Position numbers and translations under genes: made by a program | Part shown: positions 31,510-39,398 of the stretch, in pieces | Layout: each line of letters begins with the position of its first letter | Numbering within the stretch: position 1 is the first letter of the stretch | The notes under the pieces: generated by a model | Told to the model about the DNA's origin: nothing | The model's input: only the letters and a program-made list of their open reading frames with translations | The model's database searches: none | Assembly (NCBI GenBank): GCA_965203905.1 | Contig: CBDBDQ010000005.1 | Span: forward strand, 3,520,001 to 3,584,000 | DNA from: Spirochaetia bacterium | GTDB lineage: Bacteria; Spirochaetota; Spirochaetia; SZUA-6; Bin103 | Direction: 5' to 3' | DNA length: 64,000 bases

Positions 31510-32437
31510 AAGGGGAAGCGTTGGAGAAGGACTGCGCGCGATCAGCGTCGTGGTGCCTGATGAGGCGATCACGCTGGCGGTGTCGCTGGACGGGGTGATG
31601 GCGTCGATGCGGGACGGGGCAAGGCAAGAATAGCGCGCCGTAGCACGCGCCGAGTGGCGCGTTACCAAGGGGCCTGCCGGCTACCGGGAGTGGCTGTGGC
31701 ACGGTGTCATGCTACGACGCCGCTGGGGAGCGCTTGAGCACGCTGCGCTGTGGGTGGATGCCCGGAGACCAGGAAAGCGACGCTCAACAGATGCTGGACG
31801 CCGAGTAAAGGCGGCGCTGGAGCAACGGCCCGATCTGCGGGTGGTCAAGCTGGCCGACGCGGCGCGCGACAATCGGGATTTCTCGGCAGTTGGCGCAGGC
31901 TGAAAGCAGCGAGGAGTTGGTGGACTTCTTCATGCCTCCGAGCAACTGAGGCGACCACCGACGCCGCCTACGGCGAGAGCAACTCGCACGGTCGAGCGCA
32001 GTACGAGAAGCATCGTCACGTGTTGCGTCATGAGCATGGCGGAGTGGAGCGGGTGATCCGCGCGTTGCGCTATCTGCGCGGCAAGCGCCCACGCCGCAAG
32101 CGGATCACGGACGTGCTGGGGTATTTTGTCGCTACCGTAAGCGGATGGACTGATGGACTATGCGGGGGCGGCGCAGCTTGGCTTGCCGAATCGGCTCCGG
32201 AGTGGTCGAAGCGCCGCGCAAACACTGGTCACCGAACGCATGAACCGCTCGTGGATGCGTTGGCGAGAGGATGGAGGCCAAGCGATCATGACGTTACGCG
32301 GTTGGGCTCAGAGCGGTCGCTTCGCGACCGCTTGGTCGTTGCTCTCGGCAACTCATCGGCGCGAAGTCGCCGTCTCGGACGCCATCGAGTCGACGCACGG
32401 TCATGCCGCGTGACTCGTCAGTTTGAGACCTACGCCC
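31510..32437 (+). mobile_element. Degraded ISKra4/ISLre2-like (Mutator-type DDE) IS with right terminal IR
   Basis: VSLDGVM, VVKLADAARDN, VDFFHASE, MDY..GLP, KTLVTERM..MRW...GGQAIMTLR; many frameshifts; IR at 32411-32437; left boundary approximate. Confidence 0.75.
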
Positions 32438-32721
32438 ACGCGATTCCTGATCGCTACGGCTTCGTCGTTACCCGGACCTTAGAATCCAGCTCCGTTGGTC
32501 CCATCAGCGTGCCGGTCGAGCATAGCGCCATTGCCGAGACGCCGCATCTGCGCAGGGAGCAGCCGATGGCGGTAACCGGCGGTGGCCTCCCCGCACACCA
32601 GGCCGCTACCGCACTGCTCGACCGCCCGCACGCGGCGCGTCGGGATGGTGCTGGGGCTCCTCTCGTTCCCGTGAGTGGCCGCTGGCGGCGCGGGTGCCGT
32701 TGGTCGTCCGGCGGTTGTCAG

Positions 32722-33564
32722 CTATCGGCCGGAGTGAGGTCCGGCCGCCGAGTGCGCCGAAGCCGGCACCGCAGGGTCGTGGTCGAGTCCGTGCAACCGC
32801 AGCCGGATCAGCAGGTCCTGCAGCGCGGGCCTGGCGCTCGGCTGCGCCGGCAGGTGGGAGGTATCCGCCGCCGCACGCAGTACGCCGACCAGGCGCTCAT
32901 ACTCCGCCGCATGGAATCGCAGATCGGTGGGAGGCAGGTGGTCCTGTTCCGGGCCGGCGACCTTGCGCGCGATCAGTTCGTCGAGGTAGGGCAGCCTGGC
33001 GCTGTCGTTGAGGGTGCGCAGGTTGGCCTCGACCAGGCCCGTCCGCATCAGGTGAATGCCGGTCAGGAGCACGCGATACACGTACAGCAGCGGCTTGATC
33101 CGCGGTGGCTGCTCGCGCTCGAACAGCTTCCACTGCCCGGCGGCGAACCCGCGATAGTGACGCTCGTGACGGCGCGTCACGCAGTCGGCGGCGATCGTCT
33201 TCAACTCCTCGTGCGCCGGCGTGGTGCGCACGATCAGCGGCGAGTGCACCTGCTCCAGCACGTAACCGTTCGGCTTCAGCAGCAGACCGAAGAACTTGCG
33301 CGCGTCGTGGGTCACCAGATCGATCTCCATCGCGGCAAGCTGGTGCGTCGTCTCGACGGTATCGCCGCCGCCGTCGAGACCGATGACGTGCTCCAGCGGC
33401 AGCAGATGGGCGCCGCGCAGATCGCAGTCGGAGTCCGGCGACGGAAACCCGTACAGATGGGCACCGCTGATGGTGACGAACAGCAGTGGATGAGACTGCC
33501 GGTCCACCAGCCGCTGCAAGCCTGCGTCGCCGGTGAGGTCCGCGCCCGGGGCAGGCGGGCTCAC
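32722..33564 (-). CDS. Nucleotidyltransferase, PF10127/YcgL/RlaP-like
   Basis: SGAHLYGFPSPDSDCDLRG, LLLKPNGYVLE, KPLLYVYRVLLTGIHL. Confidence 0.88.
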   Translation of the reverse strand: MSPPAPGADLTGDAGLQRLVDRQSHPLLFVTISGAHLYGFPSPDSDCDLRGAHLLPLEHVIGLDGGGDTVETTHQLAAMEIDLVTHDARKFFGLLLKPNGYVLEQVHSPLIVRTTPAHEELKTIAADCVTRRHERHYRGFAAGQWKLFEREQPPRIKPLLYVYRVLLTGIHLMRTGLVEANLRTLNDSARLPYLDELIARKVAGPEQDHLPPTDLRFHAAEYERLVGVLRAAADTSHLPAQPSARPALQDLLIRLRLHGLDHDPAVPASAHSAAGPHSGR

Positions 33565-34259
33565 GGCAGTCGATCCTCGACCGCGCGCCGGCGGGCGTGG
33601 ATCAGAAACCGGTCGGCGCGCTCGTAGTCGGGCTGCGCCGGCAGGGTGGTGCGCGCCAGAGCGCAGTCGAACTCAGCAGCCAACTCCCTCCGCCACGCGT
33701 CCACCTCCGGCCACCTGGTCCTGCCCGACCTGACGGCAAGCAGACGCTCCCGGTGTTGGCTCACGTCGACGGCGACGAACCCCTCCTGCAGCACCGTGAT
33801 GCCGGACAGCAGCAGTCGCAGTAGGTGCATGGCGTGGCTCCACTTCACCTGGCCGCGGCTGCGCAGCGCGGTCTGCATACGCCGGAACTGAGACTCCACG
33901 TAGCGGGTGTAGGTCTGGTGCACCAGCTTGGAGAGAAAGCATCCCCGCATGGCGAGCAACTCCTCGCCCAGCGGCGTCGCAGTCTCCACCAGCGGTGTGT
34001 AGAGACACTCCAGGATGTTCGGATTGGCTTTCAAGGCGAGCGTAATGAACTTCTGGAGTTCCCAGTACACCTCCTGGGTGGCCTCGTTCTGCAGTTGCGG
34101 CGGCGCTCCCGCCAGCGACCAGTGCAGGTCGGCGGGCGGTAGATACACGCCACGGCGATCGGTGTCGGAGTCCTCCCGGTCAAGTCCATAGGCGCGTGAG
34201 CCGACCACGCAACGGAGGATCACACGCTCGACCAGATCGGTGACAGGGGCATTGCACAT
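33561..34259 (-). CDS. Nucleotidyltransferase, PF10127/RlaP-like
   Basis: VGSRAYGL..DSDTDRRG, ANPNILE, HAMHLLRLL. Confidence 0.88.
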   Translation of the reverse strand: MCNAPVTDLVERVILRCVVGSRAYGLDREDSDTDRRGVYLPPADLHWSLAGAPPQLQNEATQEVYWELQKFITLALKANPNILECLYTPLVETATPLGEELLAMRGCFLSKLVHQTYTRYVESQFRRMQTALRSRGQVKWSHAMHLLRLLLSGITVLQEGFVAVDVSQHRERLLAVRSGRTRWPEVDAWRRELAAEFDCALARTTLPAQPDYERADRFLIHARRRAVEDRLP

Positions 34260-34417
34260 GGTGCCGGCGCCTCGCGGCGCGTCGAAACCTACGCTTGTAG
34301 GCGAGCACCGGTCAAAGGCTGAAGGCGGCGAGTCGTTTGACCGGTGCGCCCCAATGCAACGAGCGTGCGATCAGCTTGCGCTTGACCGTGGGACAGTTCA
34401 CGATATGGGGGAACGTC

Positions 34418-34870
34418 ATGCGTTTTGTGTATCCAGCACGATTGCGCCGCACCGGCCCGGACGAGGTAGTTGTCTCGTTCCGTGACTTGCCGGAGTGTCT
34501 CACCTCGGGCGCCGATGAGACCGAGGCCTTGATAGAAGCCACGGACGCTCTGGATGTGGCAATTGCCGGCCGCATCGTATACCCGCCCGCGGACGGTGAT
34601 CCGATCCCGGCACCGAGCGCTCGACGCGCGGATGAGCATGATGTCGCCGTGCCGGCAGATACTGCTGCCAAAGCTGCTTTGATGCTTGCGCTTCAAGAAA
34701 GCGGTCTCTCACGCAGCGGCCTCGCGCGCCGTCTCGGCGTGGACGTGAAGGTGGTGCGTCGTATGCTTGATCCGCGTCATCGCACCGCCGCGAGCCGGAT
34801 TGGTGCCGCTCTCCGCGAGCTGGGGCGGGAGTTGGTCGTGGAGACACACGTACCCGAAACGGTCCGCTAG
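34418..34870 (+). CDS. hicB: HicB family antitoxin with C-terminal HTH; no HicA found
   Basis: YPARL..VVSFRDLPECLTSG..EEAL-like, GLSRSGLARRLGV..VRRMLDP. Confidence 0.82.
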   Translation: MRFVYPARLRRTGPDEVVVSFRDLPECLTSGADETEALIEATDALDVAIAGRIVYPPADGDPIPAPSARRADEHDVAVPADTAAKAALMLALQESGLSRSGLARRLGVDVKVVRRMLDPRHRTAASRIGAALRELGRELVVETHVPETVR

Positions 34871-34949
34871 ATAGTAGCGGCCGCGGAACCGCCGCGCGAG
34901 TTCCTAAACCGCCGCAGGCGGCGCCGTTAAACGGCTCGCCGCTGTAGTG

Positions 34950-35187
34950 GCCGGTGCTGCGATCCGGGCCCTCCAGGTGAAGACTCTTACTTGGTGGTGT
35001 GCGTCCACTCCTCCACCAGCACGTCGGAGGTTTTCCTCGATGAGTAGCTGCCGGAGCGCGGCTTGCGGATCTTCGGATCCAGCTTTCCGATGCGGGTCTC
35101 GAAGCTGCGTTGCCGGTAGCCATTACGACAGTTTACGCGCTCCTCACTGCGTTCATGGCGCGTAATGCCGCACTCCAGCTCCATCAG
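34950..35187 (-). pseudogene. IS256 family transposase, N-terminal fragment
   Basis: RHERSEERVNCRNGYRQRSFETRIGKLD.KI.K.RSGSY. Confidence 0.78.
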
Positions 35188-35214
35188 CGGCTACAACGTG
35201 AACTTCTCCGCTCA

Positions 35215-35532
35215 CCCAAGAAGTGATCCCCAGTATGCTCTTCAGCCAGTTCGATCGGTTCGGGACGTACCCTTCCTGTCCGCGTGATTTCAGCCACTCG
35301 GCGATTGCCGCGGTCTCTTCATCGGTCAAGCGGAGCACACGAATGGTTGGCTTGGCTCCGTCGAATACGGAGACGGTACCAGTTCGCCGGTCGGTGTCCC
35401 ATCCACGTTTTATGTCTCCGGCGGGAGTAGCCGGTCCGCCTGCCGCCGGATCTGATGGGAGGTGCGGTAGTTGACCCGTAGCGTGTGCGAGCACCCGCGG
35501 ATTTCGACTCCCAAGGCGCCAGGAGAACGGGT
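35215..35532 (-). pseudogene. Internal fragment of a UvrD-like helicase paralogous to 39399-41480
   Basis: TDRRTGTVSVFDGAKPTIR..DEETAAIAEWLKSRGQEGY; DNA closely resembles about 39790-40062. Confidence 0.85.
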
Positions 35533-36445
35533 ACCTGGCAGAACTGATCGTAGGCTCCCTTGGCCTCGTTCAGGGATCCGGCTTGCCACATCTCACGGAT
35601 CATCGTCTTTGCCTTGCTCGGTACTGACTTTGGCGTTTTGTCCAATAGGTTGCCCGCCTTATGGAACCAACAGATCTGCTCCTGCGTATCCGGATACACT
35701 TCCCGCAACGCCTTCCCGAACCGCCGCGCTCCGTCGGTCGTCGCCAGCCGCGGCCCTACCAACAACCCTCGCCGGCGCAGACTCAACAGCATCTATCGCC
35801 ACGACCCGGTGCTCTCCCGATAACCGTCGCTGAGACCGCCACCAGTTCCTTGTTTCCGTGCTCGTCCGCTCTCATGAGCACCCGGGCGCTACTCCGCTCC
35901 TCATGCAGCCGGACTTTCATGCAGCCCGTCGGCCCCAATACACGTTACCGCTTGCGGCTCAGATCGCGTAGGGTCCACTCCCGCCACTCCTGCTCCCACA
36001 CCGCCTTCAGCCGGGCGATGCTGTTCGCGCTCGGCTCAGGGGCTCCTGCTCCCAGGATCGCCTGCAGCGCGTTCGAGATTCCTCGTCGACACTCCGTTCA
36101 GATACAGCGCCGGTATCAGACTGTCCACACTCGCCACCCGTTTCAGGTGGCGCGGCAGGAACGCGCTAGTGAACCTACCTTCCCGCTGCTTGGCGAGTTG
36201 GCGGTCTCTCGTCCACCTTGTCGGCGTGGTTCCCCACGACCGCGGCTACCTTAGCTTCCACCGCTTGCGCTAGCATCTGCCGTGCTCTTCGACGTGCTAT
36301 CTTCTCCAGCACCCATCTGGGTCTTTGCACCTCGATCTCCTTGAGCACGACATTCTCCACAAGCGTACTCCTGATGATTCGTGGGCCGAATCTCTAATTC
36401 GGGGCGTGTGCTCATTTGTTTCATCCACAACTTCGATCATATCCC
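35533..36445 (-). mobile_element. Degraded IS256 family element (left end plus truncated transposase)
   Basis: RRARQMLAQAVEAKV; PRLATTDGA..FGKALREVYPDTQEQICWFHKAGNLLDK; end-like sequence ATCCACAACTTCGATCATATCCC at about 36423-36445. Confidence 0.78.
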
Positions 36446-36712
36446 CATGCGTCCCTGCAACTTCTTGACGAGGCTCTCCGCTACCGCTACAAGTTCTTTC
36501 GTATTCATGGTATACCTCCCCATGATGTAGTGCTCTGGAGTACGTAGACTTAGTTTTTCTGCGCCAGAATCAACGAATCGCTACCGTCTTAGGCGTTCAC
36601 ACTCAAAAAGAGGACACTTGACCTATCTTGTGAGAATATGATAACATATGGACCATAGTGCAACCTCGTTTGAACAACGACTGAGAACACGGAAACGAGG
36701 TAAGGACTGTTT

Positions 36713-37090
36713 ATGGTACGTATTGGTGCAAGAGTGTGTAGCGGAGATAGCATTAACATAATCGGTAACGGTGATTACCTATTCAAATTCGAGCTTTCGC
36801 TGTCAGGACGAACAACGGAGTGGATTTACAGCAAACCCGAAGAAAACGGAGTGTTGTGTGTCTGCGAGTTGACTGAGGACGACATTCCAGTGGTATTGAA
36901 AGAGTCTGACTATCGGTTTAGAACGGAACCGACTCAGATTCACCTGGACAAATGGGTGTTGTTGAGAAATGTGGCCGGGCACATAGCCGCAATTAGATTG
37001 ACTGCGATTAACGGGAATCGCGACCACACCCATGCGGAGGTCAGGTTTGTTTATGCCATCTTCGAATTGCTTACAAGGGTTGACCGCTAG
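36713..37090 (+). CDS. Hypothetical 125-aa beta-rich protein
   Basis: Low-GC ORF with GAGG/AAGGA upstream; IGNGDYLF..WVLLRNVAGHIAAIRL..EVRFVYAI; 3' end overlaps the convergent 151-aa ORF by 4 bp. Confidence 0.5.
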   Translation: MVRIGARVCSGDSINIIGNGDYLFKFELSLSGRTTEWIYSKPEENGVLCVCELTEDDIPVVLKESDYRFRTEPTQIHLDKWVLLRNVAGHIAAIRLTAINGNRDHTHAEVRFVYAIFELLTRVDR

Positions 37091-37542
37091 GAAGCCCATT
37101 TCGGAATGGGAATTCCGTGCAATCGACATAGTCTGTACTTTCCACGGTCCACAGTCTCGAATTCATTTGTTCGAGAAAAGTATGCGAATATGGCCCCTTC
37201 GGTTCCTAACTGAGCACAGTCGGAGATCATCTTTTTTGCGTATTGTGCGGTAATAGTTCCGTCCGGAGATAGGTTCGCTAGGAAGACTGCTGCTTCACCG
37301 ATGTTCGCCAGCTTCTTCAGAGACTCAATTAGCTCGTTTTCTTTGGCTTCAGCAGTATCGATGGACAGTTGAAGTTGGGCTTGGAACTCCTCTAGACGGC
37401 GTAGGCTATCCGCTAGTTTGTTTCGTTCGGCGTCAAGCGTTTGAAGGGCACTCTTTGTAGCGTGGATATGGGAGATGAAAACTCGGAGCGCGATGCGTTG
37501 CTCCTCAAGACTGACGGATGTGTTTACCAGTGGTGTCACCAT
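37087..37542 (-). CDS. Hypothetical 151-aa protein (coiled coil plus possible winged-helix C-terminus), downstream of the tRNA pair
   Basis: Heptad-rich LQTLDAERNKLADSLRRLEEFQAQLQ; C-terminal FETVDRGKYRL wing-like motif. Confidence 0.62.
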   Translation of the reverse strand: MVTPLVNTSVSLEEQRIALRVFISHIHATKSALQTLDAERNKLADSLRRLEEFQAQLQLSIDTAEAKENELIESLKKLANIGEAAVFLANLSPDGTITAQYAKKMISDCAQLGTEGAIFAYFSRTNEFETVDRGKYRLCRLHGIPIPKWAS

Positions 37543-37623
37543 ACTTGACCTTTTCGCTCAAACGTGTTACATTTGTCAGGCAGCGGGAACGTAGCTGATC
37601 GATATCGTTCGTACTCCAAAGGT

Positions 37624-37707
37624 TGCCGGCGGTGGGAGTTGAACCCACATGCCCCTACAGGCGACCGCTCCCAAAGCGGTTGTGTCTACCAATTCCACCA
37701 CACCGGC
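37624..37707 (-). tRNA. tRNA with Leu-type class II body and TGG (Pro) anticodon
   Basis: GCCGGTG TG GTGG AATTGGTAGA CAC A ACCGC TT-TGG-GA GCGGT CGCCTGTAGGGGCAT GTGGG TTCAACT CCCAC CGCCGGC A; intact cloverleaf, 15-nt variable arm, CCA not encoded. Confidence 0.88.
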
Positions 37708-37713
37708 AGAGAA

Positions 37714-37784
37714 TGGAGAAGACCGGAATCGAACCGGCATCGCAAGATTCGGAGTCAGGCGTGGTACCATTACACTACTTCCCC
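37714..37784 (-). tRNA. tRNA(-like) with G3:U70/A73 (Ala-type) acceptor stem and CCG (Arg) anticodon
   Basis: GGGGAAG TA GTGT AATGGTA CCAC G CCTGA CT-CCG-AA TCTTG CGAT GCCGG TTCGATT CCGGT CTTCTCC A; two mismatches in the anticodon stem. Confidence 0.72.
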
Positions 37785-37796
37785 GCTGTGTTCTAG

Positions 37797-37839
37797 AAAG
37801 GGAGCCTGTGACGTTGCAGCGTTGCGGTGCTCCCTTCTT
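37797..37839. other. Stem-loop between promoter and first tRNA
   Basis: Outer stem AGGGAGC...GCTCCCT; inner arms CTGTGACG/CGTTGCGG pair mainly through G:U on the + strand. Confidence 0.55.
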
Positions 37840-37849
37840 CATGCCCCAA

Positions 37850-37878
37850 AGCGTAATATCAATCCTCACAGTAGGCAA
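37850..37878 (-). promoter_or_regulatory. Sigma70-like promoter for the tRNA cassette
   Basis: Minus strand TTGCCT (37878-37873), 17-bp spacer, TACGCT (37855-37850). Confidence 0.6.
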
Positions 37879-38029
37879 GGGCCGTAGAGAAAAATCTGTG
37901 ATGATGAGCTTACAGGAATCCGAGTGTAGGTGTTAGGTGTTACCTGTCGCAAGGTGGAGCATGACGTAAAGAACCCCGCTGTAGGGGTTTACGGCGGCTG
38001 ATACAGCACCGATACGGTGGTTAGACAAG

Positions 38030-38125
38030 TGTGTTGCTGCGCGGTTTGCAGTTGCGGCAGCGCTTCGGCCCATCGACCATGCAGGTCTGCGGGCGGCAGA
38101 CACACGCCGTGGCGTTCGGTGCCGT
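38030..38125 (-). pseudogene. Short fragment of a PF10127-type nucleotidyltransferase paralogous to 33561-34259
   Basis: RHGVCLPPADLHGRWAEALPQLQ versus RRGVYLPPADLHWSLAGAPPQLQ. Confidence 0.72.
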
Positions 38126-38239
38126 CCCATCGTGCCGGCGGGTCTCGCTGCCAGGGCTGCTCTGATGGGTCAAGACTATGAGGTAAGCGTCCACGCCGCC
38201 ACGCAGCAGGGTGTTCGCCGTCAGTCACAGGTACCGATG

Positions 38240-38974
38240 CTACCAGCCCAGCTTGGTTTGGCGGCTGTGCTTTTGCAGCAACTCGGCGATCGCGTCCTTG
38301 GTCAGGTCGAACACCGAGAAGCCGGCGGCCACCTCTCCCCACATTCGCTTGCCCGCCGCCTGCAGCTTCTCGTTGATCCTGGCGTAGGTCTCCTTCACGC
38401 GCGGATGCTGCGGTTCACCGGGCAGTCCCAGGCTCTGCGCCATGTCCTCGGCTCCGGCGCCGAAGTAGTCGATGCCATCGACCGCGAGAATCTCGTCCAG
38501 GTTCTCCAGGGCCACGATGCTCTCCAATTGCGGCACGATCACCGTGTTGGCGTTGACCTCCTGGAACAGGCGCACGTGATCGCCGTCGACCTGGCCGTGC
38601 ATGGTGGCGATGCTGGTCGCGCTGCGCAGTCCGAGCGGCGCGAAGAAGCTGTACTTGACCAGATCCCTGGCCTGGTCCGCGGTCAGCAGGTTGGGGATGG
38701 TGATCACCCGCACGCCACGGTCCAGGTAACTGAGGATCGTGCTCTCCGCACCGTCCGGGATGCGCATGGAGACGGTCATGCCGTAGGCGTCGGCGACACG
38801 GCACATCTCCCCGATCTCGGCCGGCGTCACCGTGTCGTGCTGGCCATCGAAGGTCACGAAGTCGAGCCCGCACCGGCCGGCCAGCTCCACCAGCAGCCCG
38901 GAGGTCTCTCGGAGCGTCAGCCCGAGCGCCTTCTCGCCGCGCGCCATGCGCTGCAGAATCTGATTGGGAACCAT
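38240..38974 (-). CDS. HpcH/HpaI aldolase family protein
   Basis: GLDFVTFDGQH, FAPLGLRS, PQLES..ALENLDEILAVDGID..GAEDMAQSLG. Confidence 0.9.
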   Translation of the reverse strand: MVPNQILQRMARGEKALGLTLRETSGLLVELAGRCGLDFVTFDGQHDTVTPAEIGEMCRVADAYGMTVSMRIPDGAESTILSYLDRGVRVITIPNLLTADQARDLVKYSFFAPLGLRSATSIATMHGQVDGDHVRLFQEVNANTVIVPQLESIVALENLDEILAVDGIDYFGAGAEDMAQSLGLPGEPQHPRVKETYARINEKLQAAGKRMWGEVAAGFSVFDLTKDAIAELLQKHSRQTKLGW

Positions 38975-39210
38975 GGTTGGCCATTCATTCAGCACCATCC
39001 GGTCGTGTCAACCGGCACCCAGCGGCGACAGCGCCACCCGCCGCTCCGGATCGGCAGTGAGGAACGCGTCTTCCCGGTGCCGGCATTTGCCACCAGGTAG
39101 AGCGCTGCGATCCAATCTGACGCGCGGCGGACCTGACCCGTCCACACCGATTCGCACCAAGCGCCCTTCCGGCGCGGAGGCTCCGCATGTTAGATTGCGT
39201 GCACGGCGTC

Positions 39211-39396
39211 ATGCATACGTATACCGCAGTCGTCGAGCGATGTCCCGATACTGGTCTCTATGTTGGCTACGTGCCGGGTTTTCCGGGCGCGCATAGTCAG
39301 GGCGAAACGCTCGAGGAACTCTCCGAGAACCTCAAGGAGGTAATTGCGATGCTCCTCGACGACGGCGAGCCAGCCATGGAGGTCGTGTTCAGATAG
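39211..39396 (+). CDS. HicB-like (UPF0150) antitoxin, probably C-terminally truncated; no HicA
   Basis: YTAVVERCPDTGLYVGYVPGFPGAHSQGETLEEL. Confidence 0.8.
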   Translation: MHTYTAVVERCPDTGLYVGYVPGFPGAHSQGETLEELSENLKEVIAMLLDDGEPAMEVVFR

Positions 39397-39398
39397 CG

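Noticed and set aside
37624-37784. tRNA as integration site (attL/attR) of the island
   Set aside because: I saw no duplicated tRNA 3' end and no integrase in the window; the tRNAs look like cargo.
37576-37878. 100-aa ORF, and plus-strand ORFs 37564-37887 and 37649-37936, over the tRNAs
   Set aside because: They overlap two cloverleaf structures and have no protein motifs, so they are shadow ORFs.
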